IMG/VR virus record: IMGVR_UViG_3300048014_000353
Coordinates: 64,001 to 128,000 of that record
From: a virus
DNA length: 64,000 nucleotides
Strand: one strand, 5' to 3'
Below, in pieces: positions 17,842-27,172 of this stretch. A program made the position numbers and the translations under genes. The notes beneath the pieces were generated by a model, which was given only the letters and a program-made list of their open reading frames with translations, was not told the DNA's origin and did no database searches. How positions within the stretch are numbered: the stretch's first letter is position 1; every line of letters begins with the position of its first letter.

Positions 17842-17846
17842 GCCTT

Positions 17847-17931
17847 GTGAGACGTGACTCGAAAGCGAGGCGCGTCTCACCTCGCTGCTGTACGTCCTGC
17901 CGCCTTGAGGTGCGGGACGTACGGCGGCGAG
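17847..17931 (+). other. Tandem RNA stem-loops after the capsid gene (stabiliser or processing site)
   Basis: GAAA-capped hairpin 17847-17880 and a 20-bp stem 17881-17900/17912-17931 containing three G:U pairs. Confidence 0.6.
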
Positions 17932-17962
17932 CACCTTCTCTCTCTTTACGAAAGAAAGACGA

Positions 17963-18400
17963 ATGCCTCCCAAGAGCCTCGCTGGTTGGTACAAGCTGAA
18001 GAATTGGCTCTTCCGCGGTGGCGTTCATCACGCACCCGGAGATGTCGTGGAACTCTGCCACGAAGATGCCGAGACGGTGCTGAAGCACGGTACGGCGGAG
18101 TCTCACGCGCCCGTCCCGCCCGCGTCCGCCAAGGCCGTGGAGCCCGCGCCCGAGGCCCCCGCAGCCTCCGACCCGCCGGCGCCTTCGGCCGTGACGAGCG
18201 TGTCGATCACCCCCTCCGCACCCGACGCGCAGTCCGGCAAGCGCGGCGGCCCGCAGGGCCGTCCGTCGCAGGCACCGAAGGCCGACCGGTCTGTGTCCGC
18301 CAAGGACGAGAAGCCGGCGGCGAAGGACGACGACAAGTCGCCCGAGGCCGACAAGGCCGCGTCATCGGCGCAGGGCACGCTCAGCGCTACCTCCAAGTAA
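17963..18400 (+). CDS. Head-associated hypothetical protein (short N-terminal domain plus Ala/Pro/Lys tail)
   Basis: YKLKNWLFRGG...PGDVVELCHEDAETVLKHG, resembles small post-capsid proteins. Confidence 0.65.
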   Translation: MPPKSLAGWYKLKNWLFRGGVHHAPGDVVELCHEDAETVLKHGTAESHAPVPPASAKAVEPAPEAPAASDPPAPSAVTSVSITPSAPDAQSGKRGGPQGRPSQAPKADRSVSAKDEKPAAKDDDKSPEADKAASSAQGTLSATSK

Positions 18401-18527
18401 TTCGCCGCTCCGTACCGGAGCAGCAGCTCGGACCGTGATCGGGAACGTCGTCCTGGTCCGGGCTTCGTGTGTGCCGTGACGTTTCCGCCCTCGTCTAGGG
18501 GCGCCTGCTCCCGTGAGACCCGACCCC

Positions 18528-18974
18528 ATGAATTCCACTGCGTCCGAGTCGCCGAAGAAGCCGAAGAAGGCGAAGAAGTCCCTCGCTACGCCCGCCGCCG
18601 CCGCGCCCCCCCCCGCGAAGGCCCCCCCCGGCGTGCGCGTGCTCAAAGAGGGCAACGGCGTGATGAGCGACGAAGACCGTCTGCTCCGCACCAAGAAGCC
18701 GACCGCTGCGGAGCGCAAGCTCGGCGGCCAGTATCGGCTGATTCACGGCAGCATCGTACTTCCGGTCCCGGAGTCCGAGCGACTTCTGCCGGACGGTACG
18801 CTCAACCCGAACGTCCAGACCGTGCGCTACGTGCAGGCCGGCGCCGAGATCGAGCTCGACGACGAGGAGGCGGCGCGTCTCGAGGACGCGGGGCTGATCG
18901 AGCCCCTGAGCGTGAGCCCCCGCCACAGCCGCCTCGGCAAGGTGTGGAGCCCGCCGGTCAACCAGCGGATGTGA
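18528..18974 (+). CDS. Head-associated hypothetical protein
   Basis: AGAEIELDDEEAARLEDAGLIE, similar to the GDVVEL...AE.LL..G module of 17963..18400. Confidence 0.6.
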   Translation: MNSTASESPKKPKKAKKSLATPAAAAPPPAKAPPGVRVLKEGNGVMSDEDRLLRTKKPTAAERKLGGQYRLIHGSIVLPVPESERLLPDGTLNPNVQTVRYVQAGAEIELDDEEAARLEDAGLIEPLSVSPRHSRLGKVWSPPVNQRM

Positions 18975-19012
18975 TTCGGCCCGTCCCGTTCCCCTTTCGG
19001 AGGTCTTGAGCC

Positions 19013-19507
19013 ATGGCGTCGATCTTCGGCCTCACGGCGACCGACCTCGCGAACGCGACGAGCAACGACACGTTGCTCGCGTGTACGGACGACTCGACCC
19101 CGACGTCGCCCGGGGGGACCGGAACGCCGAACCCCACCATCATCGCGGCTCTCATCGATCGCGCCGAGCAGGAGGTCATGTCGTGGCTCGTCACCGAGCT
19201 CGGCCCGCCTCCGCTCAGTAGTGTGCTCATGGCGCAGCTCGCGGCCGACCCGTTCCTGAAGTACGCGGCGCTCGAGTACGCCGTCGCGCTCATGTACGAC
19301 CGGCACCCGGAGTATACACGCACCGGCACCGATCGCAGCGAGCGCATGAAGCGCGCCGACCAGCGCATGGAGCGCGTGCTCGACGCGCGTCAGCGCCCAC
19401 CCACGGTCCCCCAACCGCCGGCGAACGTCGGCGGCACGGTCGTGGACAACGGGCCGCGCATCTACATCGACAGCGCAAACGGCACAAAAAATGCCGGCGA
19501 TTACTAG
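19013..19507 (+). CDS. Head-tail adaptor (Mu gp36/DUF1320-like)
   Basis: GGAGG RBS; ALIDRAEQEV.SWL...; position after the capsid genes. Confidence 0.7.
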   Translation: MASIFGLTATDLANATSNDTLLACTDDSTPTSPGGTGTPNPTIIAALIDRAEQEVMSWLVTELGPPPLSSVLMAQLAADPFLKYAALEYAVALMYDRHPEYTRTGTDRSERMKRADQRMERVLDARQRPPTVPQPPANVGGTVVDNGPRIYIDSANGTKNAGDY

Positions 19508-19516
19508 CCCGCGCGC

Positions 19517-20011
19517 GTGGAGGCTCCGATGACGTCTCCCATCACGATCACCATCGAGGGGCCGGAGGAGATCGACCGCGCGTGGAAGTCGGAGTTCGTG
19601 CCGCACCTGCGCGTCGCCTGCCTTCGCGCGGCGATGGCGGCGGCGAACGAAGGCGCCGCGCTCGCCAAGCGCCTGGTGCCCGTGAGCCTCGTGCCGCGCG
19701 GTAGCCACCTCCGCGACGTCATCTACGCGCGCATCGTGGACGTCGACGAGAAGGGGGTAACGACGGAGATCGGTGCGCCGAAGCCGTACGCCATCTTCGT
19801 CGAGCAGGGGACCAAGCCCCACACGATCACCGCCAAGAGCGGCAAAGCTCTCCGGTGGACCGGCCCTGACGGCGCGGTGCACCTGGCCAAGAGCGTCCAC
19901 CATCCCGGTACGAAGCCGCACCCCTTCATGGGGCCGGCGTACCTGAAGGCCGAGCGCGCACTCCCGGCCGTCCTCGAGACCGAGATCGAGGCGGTCATCG
20001 AACGCTTCTGA
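19517..20011 (+). CDS. Neck/tail completion protein (HK97 gp10-like)
   Basis: PYAIFVEQGTKPH...V.HPGTKPHPFMGPA. Confidence 0.85.
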   Translation: MEAPMTSPITITIEGPEEIDRAWKSEFVPHLRVACLRAAMAAANEGAALAKRLVPVSLVPRGSHLRDVIYARIVDVDEKGVTTEIGAPKPYAIFVEQGTKPHTITAKSGKALRWTGPDGAVHLAKSVHHPGTKPHPFMGPAYLKAERALPAVLETEIEAVIERF

Positions 20012-20028
20012 ACGAGGACCATCCGCAC

Positions 20029-20496
20029 ATGCCGCGCTACTCCATCGGCTTCACCCAGGCGACCGCGCCTTCGACGCTGGCCCCCTGGGCGGTTCTTCGT
20101 GCGCCCGCCGGCGGCCGCGTCCTGCGTGTCCGGCAAATCCAAGTCGTGACCGCCGCCGCGACGGTCGCCCAGGTCGGTATCGCCTGGGCCGGGGCAACCG
20201 TCACCCCGGTCGTCTCGAGCAGTCAGTCTCCGCCGCCGCGCGACCCGCGCGACGTCGCTGCGACCGCGCTCCTCGACGTGGCGTGGGGCACTGCGCCGCA
20301 GCTTCCTTCGGTCCCCGTGTACCTGAAGGAAGCGCTCATCGGCGGCGTACAGGGCAACGGCGCGACGTTCCCCTTCGACGAGCCTCTCATTGTGGTGCCG
20401 AGCGCGCTGCCGAACGCGACGGGGATGCTGGGCATCTGGAACATGGGCGGCGGCAACGGGCCCAGCCTGCTCATCAACGTCGACTACGACGAGTGA
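20029..20496 (+). CDS. Hypothetical virion protein
   Basis: GAGGA RBS, in-operon, good codon bias. Confidence 0.7.
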   Translation: MPRYSIGFTQATAPSTLAPWAVLRAPAGGRVLRVRQIQVVTAAATVAQVGIAWAGATVTPVVSSSQSPPPRDPRDVAATALLDVAWGTAPQLPSVPVYLKEALIGGVQGNGATFPFDEPLIVVPSALPNATGMLGIWNMGGGNGPSLLINVDYDE

Positions 20497-20516
20497 TCTG
20501 AAGAGGAACGACGCCC

Positions 20517-21629
20517 ATGATGCTCGGCGACAGCACGTTCCTGACGCCGGGGCACGTGGAGGGGGCGGAGGCGTCGGCGCTCCACGCGCCCCCGCCGCCC
20601 CCCGTCCTCACGTCGCTGGATCTCGGCGCGGACGTCGTCCCCTTCGAGGGGGTGGCCGAGATCTGGGGGTCGGTCTCGATCCCCACCCAGCCCGCGATCG
20701 CCGGGCAGGTGAGCGGCGACGGTCTCCTCAGCATCTACCTCTCGTACCTGAAGGCGTTCCTCCAGACGGACGGCAACGCGACGGGGGGATGGAGCGCGAT
20801 CGCGCCCGGTCGCCCCATCGTCAACCGGGTGCGTCCTCACAACCCAAACGACTCCGACGCCGAGCCCGACGGCCTGGGATTCGACACCAAGGACCTCCCG
20901 GCGCTCTACCTGTGGCGCGGCGGGCAGCACGAGAGCACCAAGGTCGAGTACATCGCGGAGGACTGGCAGATCGGCACCGCGATGCTGAAGCTCCTCTGGG
21001 TCTTCCCCCTGGGAGTCATCTCGCACCAGCGCGTGCGGCAGTCGTTCGGCGACGCCGTCGCCAAGGCCATCATCACGGCGATCGAGCTCGGTCGGACGCC
21101 GAGTTGGCAGTGGCCCGGGGACCCCGATCCGCTGGCGCCGGCGTTCGGGTCGTTCGTGCACACGTTCACCAACGTGTTCTCGCTGAACGTCACCGAGTGG
21201 AAGCCGGAGTCGGTGGACATCATCATGACCGCCGACGACAAGAGCTCTCGGCGACTTCGCTACCCGGCGATCGAGGTGACTCTCGAGCTCGTCGAGAACC
21301 GCCAGCGCGACGTGCGGCGCTGGAGCGCCCCGTCCGCGCTTCAGCAGACGTTGACCGGCGGTCGCCCTTCGCTTCCCGCGTGGGCTCCGGGCCAGGTCTA
21401 CGCGTCGAACGACTTCATCCAGGCGACGCCCGTCGGGTCGAGCACGCCGTTCGCCTACAAGGCGTACTCGCTCTCGGGAATGGGCGTCACCGGCAACCAG
21501 TCCCCCGCGTGGCCGACGGTCGTGGGGGCGACGGTCGCCGACGGCGCGAGCCTGACCTGGACGTGCAAGGGCGCGGTGCCGCCGTCGGTCATCAGCCGAG
21601 TGGGCGAGGGGGGCGTGGCCATCCAATGA
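20517..21629 (+). CDS. Putative tail terminator-like protein with a C-terminal CBM-like module
   Basis: DLPALYLW, position before the sheath; module WAPGQVY...WPTVVGATVADG..LTWTCKG. Confidence 0.6.
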   Translation: MMLGDSTFLTPGHVEGAEASALHAPPPPPVLTSLDLGADVVPFEGVAEIWGSVSIPTQPAIAGQVSGDGLLSIYLSYLKAFLQTDGNATGGWSAIAPGRPIVNRVRPHNPNDSDAEPDGLGFDTKDLPALYLWRGGQHESTKVEYIAEDWQIGTAMLKLLWVFPLGVISHQRVRQSFGDAVAKAIITAIELGRTPSWQWPGDPDPLAPAFGSFVHTFTNVFSLNVTEWKPESVDIIMTADDKSSRRLRYPAIEVTLELVENRQRDVRRWSAPSALQQTLTGGRPSLPAWAPGQVYASNDFIQATPVGSSTPFAYKAYSLSGMGVTGNQSPAWPTVVGATVADGASLTWTCKGAVPPSVISRVGEGGVAIQ

Positions 21630-21895
21630 TGCACGAGGAAGCCTCCATCTCCCCGGCCGAGCTCCTGCGCGAGATGCGCGCCTGGTTCCCGCGAATCGAG
21701 CGCGGCGCGGCGGTCGACTTGGTGCTGAAGCACGACGAGCTCGGCTTCACGCTCTCGGCCGCGCGCGCCGACAACGGCCGCCCCGTGCACGCGAAGACCT
21801 TCACCCCCGCGTCGATCGCGGCGTTCCCCCGCCGCCCCTGCGACCACGCACGCGACTTCCTGCGCGAGTGCCTCGTCCGCCGGGGGGCCGCATGA
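21626..21895 (+). CDS. Hypothetical protein
   Basis: ATGA coupling at both ends. Confidence 0.6.
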   Translation: MMHEEASISPAELLREMRAWFPRIERGAAVDLVLKHDELGFTLSAARADNGRPVHAKTFTPASIAAFPRRPCDHARDFLRECLVRRGAA

Positions 21896-21993
21896 CGTCC
21901 ATCGATCGGGACCTCGCGCGCTGGACCATGGCGACCATCGCCTTCGGCACCGCGTTCTTCGCGTCGGCCGCGTGGCTCTGGCTCACGCAGTAG
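21892..21993 (+). CDS. 33-aa hydrophobic peptide
   Basis: MTSIDRDLARWTMATIAFGTAFFASAAWLWLTQ, coupled start, one TM segment; below the ORF-track cutoff. Confidence 0.45.
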   Translation: MTSIDRDLARWTMATIAFGTAFFASAAWLWLTQ

Positions 21994-22150
21994 CGCGCCC
22001 GCCCGCCGGTCTTTAGGCCGCGCGCCCGCCCGCGCCTTTCTCGCCGCCGTCTCGCCGCGGGCGAGAGGCGCGCCTTTCCACTCACGACCTCAGGAGCAGC
22101 TGCCCGCCGCGCGAACGCGCGCGCGCGTTGGCCGCGGAGACACGACGCCC

Positions 22151-22861
22151 ATGCCGAAGCTTCCCACGCTCGCCGTGTATGCCAACCCGTGGCACGGCCC
22201 GCTCGATCACAACCACCGTGCGTGCTCGGCCGTCCCCTGGGACCCGAGCGACAACCCGCAGCGCGTGCACGTGGGCGCCGCTCACCGCATGGTCGGCTCC
22301 GGCGAGCAGGCAGAGATCTACTTCGAGTACTCCCAGTACGAGGGGACCGACGGCGTCGCGCTGACGCTCCGCAAGGGTCACGAGGGCATCACCCTCCCGG
22401 CGACCCGCTACTTCCTCGAAGCCATCCGCAACGGCTCGCTCTGGCCGGCGGACGAGAAGACCCACAAGCTCGCCTTCGGCAACCTCGCGCACTACCGCCC
22501 CGTCGCGGACCGCGCGAAGGAAGCGCCGGGCCACGCGCTCGCCGGTCATAAGTACCGCACGGGCGAGGACGCCGAGCCCTCGCCGCGCCCCGCCGTGGGT
22601 GAAGGGGGCCTCGGTCCGCAGCACGCGCACCGCCTCCTCTCCAGCGTGAACACCGTGCACGCCGCGGCGCAGGAGGAGCTCCGCCTCGCCCTCGCCGAGA
22701 GCGCCAAGAAGCAGACCGACGAGGTCGAGAAGACGCGCCTCGTGCTCGCCGACGAGCGCGCGAAGCACGACGCGGCCGATGCCGCGCCGGCGCCGACGCG
22801 CATCGCGCTCACGGCCGACGCCCACCCCGATGACACCGCGCACGAAGGAGGTCACCAGTGA
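22151..22861 (+). CDS. Pre-sheath protein (Mu gp38/DUF2635-like segment)
   Basis: TRYFLEAIRNGSLWPAD resembles YW.RR..DGD; coupled to the sheath gene. Confidence 0.55.
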   Translation: MPKLPTLAVYANPWHGPLDHNHRACSAVPWDPSDNPQRVHVGAAHRMVGSGEQAEIYFEYSQYEGTDGVALTLRKGHEGITLPATRYFLEAIRNGSLWPADEKTHKLAFGNLAHYRPVADRAKEAPGHALAGHKYRTGEDAEPSPRPAVGEGGLGPQHAHRLLSSVNTVHAAAQEELRLALAESAKKQTDEVEKTRLVLADERAKHDAADAAPAPTRIALTADAHPDDTAHEGGHQ

Positions 22862-24558
22862 GCCCCCAATTCGTCATCGCTGGCTTCCCCAGCACCGACT
22901 TCACCCCTGGCGCGTACGGCAAGGTCTCCTACGGGGGCGGCGCCACCAGCGCGGCCAGCATCCCGCTGAAGCTCCTGGTCGTCGGCATGAAGGCCTCGAA
23001 CACGAGCGGCACCTCCGTGCAGGACTCGGAAGTCGACCAGGTCTTCACCGTCTCGCAGGCCGACACCCTCTACGGCATGGGCGGGCAGATCACCCGCGCC
23101 TGCCAGGCCGCGCTCCAGACCCAGGGCGTCAGCGTCTACGGCGCCCCGTGCGCCGTCCCCGCGAGCCCGACCCAGGCCTCGATCCAGTTCTCCATCGTTG
23201 CCGCGCAGACCATCGCCGGCACGCTGACCGTGCGCCTTGGCGGCCTGTCGGTGCAGTGCGGCGTCGGCTCATCGGACACGGCGACCACCATCGCGACGAA
23301 CCTCGCGGCCGCCATCAACTCGGTCCTCCGAATGCCGTTCACGGCCACGTCGTCGGCCGGCATCGTCACCGCGACCTGCATCACGCCCGGCGCCGACGGC
23401 AACGCCTACTTGGGCGCGGTGGACGTCACGCAGTGCGCGGGCGTCACCTGCTCGATGACCGGCACGGTCCGCGCGAACACGACCGCGTACCTCCTCAACG
23501 CGCTCGTCTCGCCGGCCACGGCCAACGGGTACTACTACCAGGTCACGACCGCAGGCACGACCGGCGCAACCGTCCCCACGTTCCCGACGACGATCGGCAC
23601 GACGGTCAGCGACGGGTCTGCCGTCCTCACGTGCGTCGGCAAGGTCCTCACCGGAGGCATCGTGACGGCGTTCGGCGGCGCGGGCGTCGAGAGCGTCGCG
23701 AACGTCCTGGCCGTCATCCAGAACCAGCAGTTCGACCGCATCGCGCTCTGCCAGAACGACGCGACGAACCTGGGGCTCTGGCACACGCAGGTCGATGCGC
23801 AGGCCGGCCCGCTCTCCATCATCCTGCAGCACGTCGTGTGCGCGACCAACGGCACGCTGGCGACGGCGACCTCCCTCGCGCAGACCACGCTCAACGACCA
23901 GCGCTTTCAGGTCATGTGGTACCTGAACGGTGAGACGCACTACTCCGAGATGGCGGCGACCTTTGCCGCGATCCGGACGTCGTACGAGCAGACCGATCCG
24001 GACCACGCGTACGACAACATGGTCCTGCCGGGCGTCGCCCCGCAGTCCCAGCGTCCCGACTGGCCCATCCACGCGACGCTCGTGTCGGCGCTCAACAACG
24101 GCGTCACCCCCATCGGCACGACCCCGTCGAGCCAGGCGTACGTCGTCCGCAGCATCACGAGCCACTCGCTCAACGGCACGACGCCCGACTACTCGTGCCT
24201 CGACACGTCCGAGTCCGTGGTCGCCGACTACTGCCTGGTCTCGCTGCTCCTCTACTGGACCAACGTGTTCCTGCCGAGCAACCCGCGCTGCGGCCCGGAC
24301 CTTCCGGCCAACCAGCCGGCGTACCCGTCGGGGGTCGGCTACCCGACGCTCTGGAGCAAGGTCGCGACGGCCGTGCTCATCGACTTCGAGAACGGCAGCG
24401 TGGGTGGCGCGACCATCCCGCCCATTCTCTACAACGTCGAGGCGAACCCGGTCGTGTCCTCCTGGGACCCGGTGGCTCAGCGCATCATGAGCGCGGTCAC
24501 CGTGCATCCGATGCCGAATCAGCATCAAATCGGAGTATCGGTGAGCCAAAGCCCTTGA
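22858..24558 (+). CDS. Tail sheath protein (Mu gpL-like) with an inserted CBM-like module
   Basis: PGAYGKV, LLVVG, ADTLYG.G, LNNGVTPI, VVRSITS...LDT; internal NGYYYQVTTAGTTGATVPTFPT insert. Confidence 0.9.
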   Translation: MSPQFVIAGFPSTDFTPGAYGKVSYGGGATSAASIPLKLLVVGMKASNTSGTSVQDSEVDQVFTVSQADTLYGMGGQITRACQAALQTQGVSVYGAPCAVPASPTQASIQFSIVAAQTIAGTLTVRLGGLSVQCGVGSSDTATTIATNLAAAINSVLRMPFTATSSAGIVTATCITPGADGNAYLGAVDVTQCAGVTCSMTGTVRANTTAYLLNALVSPATANGYYYQVTTAGTTGATVPTFPTTIGTTVSDGSAVLTCVGKVLTGGIVTAFGGAGVESVANVLAVIQNQQFDRIALCQNDATNLGLWHTQVDAQAGPLSIILQHVVCATNGTLATATSLAQTTLNDQRFQVMWYLNGETHYSEMAATFAAIRTSYEQTDPDHAYDNMVLPGVAPQSQRPDWPIHATLVSALNNGVTPIGTTPSSQAYVVRSITSHSLNGTTPDYSCLDTSESVVADYCLVSLLLYWTNVFLPSNPRCGPDLPANQPAYPSGVGYPTLWSKVATAVLIDFENGSVGGATIPPILYNVEANPVVSSWDPVAQRIMSAVTVHPMPNQHQIGVSVSQSP

Positions 24559-24724
24559 GTTACGAGTAGTTAGCGCCGCCTCGGCGGCGCTCCTCGCTTT
24601 CCCAATCGCGCGGTCCTGAGCCCCTTGCGTCGCCGTCTACGGCGCGAGGGCGCTCGGGGGTGCGCGCCCACGTCTCCGTCTCTCAGCCCGCGCAGCTCTC
24701 GCGCGTCGGCTTCCGCGAGGAACC

Positions 24725-25099
24725 ATGGCGAACATCAAGGTCAAAGCCGCATCGATCTTCATCAACAGCAAGAAGGCCGGCACGCTCGAGGGAACGGACT
24801 ACGAGTACAACTCGGGCGACGAGCCGGTGTTCGGCGACCCGGGCTACGTGACGTCGTCCGACGGCGCCATCACGACGCGCGTGACCGCGACCGGCTTCAA
24901 CCCCGTCCCCGGAAGCGGACTTCTGCTCTTCCAGGCGATGAACAACAAGCAGGACGTGGACGTGTCGCTCTTCCCCATCGACGGGGGTGTGCACACGATC
25001 ACCATGCGGCCGCTGACGGGCAAGGCGCAGTCGAGTCACAAGACCGGCATGCAGTCGAGCAATTACACGTTCATCGGGGGCCAGCCGAAAATTTCTTAG
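24725..25099 (+). CDS. Tail tube protein paralogue 1
   Basis: 124 aa beta-rich, directly after the sheath, GAGGA RBS; 69/124 identical to 25983..26408 (hand count, ungapped). Confidence 0.75.
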   Translation: MANIKVKAASIFINSKKAGTLEGTDYEYNSGDEPVFGDPGYVTSSDGAITTRVTATGFNPVPGSGLLLFQAMNNKQDVDVSLFPIDGGVHTITMRPLTGKAQSSHKTGMQSSNYTFIGGQPKIS

Positions 25100-25926
25100 T
25101 GACTCGAAAGCTTGGCGCCACGGTATCGGCTGCCACCGGGTGGAAGTATCGGCGTTGTGATCGCTTCTTCCGGCGTCATTCCGCGAAAAAGGCGGTTGCG
25201 GAGCACGTTGGTCGTGGTACCAAGATGCTTCGCCCATTCGGCGAGAGTCATCAACTCGCCGTTGACGTCGATCTTGCCGAGCTTCCGTCTCACCGGAATC
25301 GTCACGGCATCTTCCTCTGACCAGCCGGTTCGCAGACGTGCCGACACGGTGATGCGGTCTGTAACGAGTTCATCCGCCCATCCGGCGAGATGTCTCCGCT
25401 CACTGTTGACCGTAACGAATCGGTTGTTCGAGCGATTGCGACCCTGCTGCTTCGGGCTGGCCCAGCAGCAATTCGTTTGAAGGATGCCGCGCGATACGCA
25501 GTCGTCGCAGTGGCCGCACGCGTAATTGCCGTCATTGTCGATTCGCTCCAGCCAGAGTCCTGGATGCGGCTTGATGCCGATATCGAAAGCGAAGTTCTCA
25601 TAGCCCCACGGCCGTTGCCATCTTGCGCAGACGGAGATGCCTCGAGCCCCATACCGTTTGTAGAACGGATGCTCCGGCCGGAAGCAGCGGTCGAGCATTG
25701 CTTCCCACGCTTTGTGGGTCGCCCTCCGAAGCGGGTCGAGCTTCTCCACTCCGCGGTCTGGCAAAGGAGTCGTGTCGCACCAGTAGCAGGCGACCGGAAT
25801 CGGTGCGCCACCAGGCGTGCAGAAGACCAGAAGCTCGCGGCCACAATCGCAGCGTGCCAGCCGTGTGTTGCGAATCGAGGAACCGGTCAGGATTTGGAGC
25901 ATGGGGCCGACGGGCGTAAAGGCCAT
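25096..25926 (-). CDS. Free-standing HNH homing endonuclease
   Basis: RCDCG, WEAMLDRC...YGARGISVCARW, LERIDNDGNY, NCCWAS..QQGRNR, two C-terminal DNA-binding repeats; lower GC; antisense to the operon. Confidence 0.9.
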   Translation of the reverse strand: MAFTPVGPMLQILTGSSIRNTRLARCDCGRELLVFCTPGGAPIPVACYWCDTTPLPDRGVEKLDPLRRATHKAWEAMLDRCFRPEHPFYKRYGARGISVCARWQRPWGYENFAFDIGIKPHPGLWLERIDNDGNYACGHCDDCVSRGILQTNCCWASPKQQGRNRSNNRFVTVNSERRHLAGWADELVTDRITVSARLRTGWSEEDAVTIPVRRKLGKIDVNGELMTLAEWAKHLGTTTNVLRNRLFRGMTPEEAITTPILPPGGSRYRGAKLSSH

Positions 25927-25982
25927 CGGTCCACTCTGGCAGAGCGGTCGAGTACCGCAATCGGTAAACGGAAGGAGCGGCC

Positions 25983-26408
25983 ATGGCGAACGTCAAGGTC
26001 AAGGCCGCCTCCATCTTCCTGAACGGGAAGAAGGTCGGCAACCTGCAAGGCACCGAGTACGTCGTCGAGAGCGGCGACGAGCCCGTCCTCGACTGGTCCG
26101 GCTGGGCCGGCACCACCGACGGCGTCACGACCACGCGCGTGACCGCCTCGGGGTTCAACCCCGTGCCCGGCGGCGACGTGGACATCTTCGCGCAGATCCT
26201 CGCGCACTCCGACATCGACGTCGCGATCTTCCCGATCGACGGCGGCATTCACGTCGTGACGATGCGCGCCCTCAACGGCACGGCGTCGTCCAATCACAAA
26301 TCCGGCTCCCAGGCCTCCAAGTACGTGCTGGTCGGCGGCGCTCCCAAAGTGCTCGGCCGCCGCAACTCGGCGGGCGCGAGCAACGGCATCTCCAGCAACG
26401 GCTCCTGA
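25983..26408 (+). CDS. Tail tube protein paralogue 2
   Basis: GGAAGGAG RBS; ~56% identical to 24725..25099, with a 17-aa C-terminal extension. Confidence 0.75.
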   Translation: MANVKVKAASIFLNGKKVGNLQGTEYVVESGDEPVLDWSGWAGTTDGVTTTRVTASGFNPVPGGDVDIFAQILAHSDIDVAIFPIDGGIHVVTMRALNGTASSNHKSGSQASKYVLVGGAPKVLGRRNSAGASNGISSNGS

Positions 26409-26435
26409 CGCTTCCCCTCCCGCGATAGGACACGG

Positions 26436-27107
26436 ATGAAGTTCGCCATCGCCCTTCAGGGCAAACGGGCGGAGCGCAAGCTCTCGTTCCCCGTGCCGTC
26501 GAACGACGGCACGATGAAGCCACTTGCGTGCGTGTGCGTCCCGCTCACGTCCACGGAGGAATCCGAAGCGCTCGAGTACGCGATGGCGTTCTCGCGGCGC
26601 AAGGGGGTCGAGGCGCCCAAGGTCACCGACCCGCTCTACGACCTCGGGTACATGGCGAAGATCGTGTCGATCGCCGTGCGGGATCCGGACGCCGGCGTCC
26701 CGGGCGAGCGGCCGCCGACCTTCTCGGACGTCGAGGAGGTCCACTCGCTCACGCGCGAGACGGTGACCTACCTCTACACCATCGTGTCCGCGTGGTGCGA
26801 CGAGTGCTCGCCGCTCCGCCGCACCCTTTCCGACAGCGCGATCTACGCAGGAATGCGTGCGCTGGCGAGCGAAGGGGATGACGGTGCGCGTTTTTTCGAT
26901 GGGTTGGGGCCCGCTTTGCAGCGCAACTTCATGCGTATTTTGGCGCGCCAGCTTCTCAGCTTTCTCGAGCCCAAATCGCCGCCTGGCACGCCGCCAGCGA
27001 GCTCGGACACGAAGAGCCCCGCTACGTCGTCGCCCTCACGGCCGCCCAATACAGCGCGTTCAAAGAGCGTGCGTCGGGTGACGCCGAAGGCGACGCGCAA
27101 AAGCTGA
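26436..27107 (+). CDS. Tail assembly chaperone (G-like)
   Basis: Between tube and tape measure; contains slippery site T TTT TTC at 26891-26897. Confidence 0.75.
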   Translation: MKFAIALQGKRAERKLSFPVPSNDGTMKPLACVCVPLTSTEESEALEYAMAFSRRKGVEAPKVTDPLYDLGYMAKIVSIAVRDPDAGVPGERPPTFSDVEEVHSLTRETVTYLYTIVSAWCDECSPLRRTLSDSAIYAGMRALASEGDDGARFFDGLGPALQRNFMRILARQLLSFLEPKSPPGTPPASSDTKSPATSSPSRPPNTARSKSVRRVTPKATRKS

Positions 27108-27172
27108 AGGACGCGATCGCCGCCCGCGACGCTGACAACGAGATCCCTCTCGACCGAAGACCCAAACCATGA
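26891..27172 (+). other. Programmed -1 frameshift site and -1 frame extension (GT-like product 26436..27172)
   Basis: T-TTT-TTC heptamer; -1 frame is open 26882-27172 (FRWVGARFAAQLHAYFG...PLDRRPKP*) and its stop overlaps the ATG of 27169. Confidence 0.75.
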
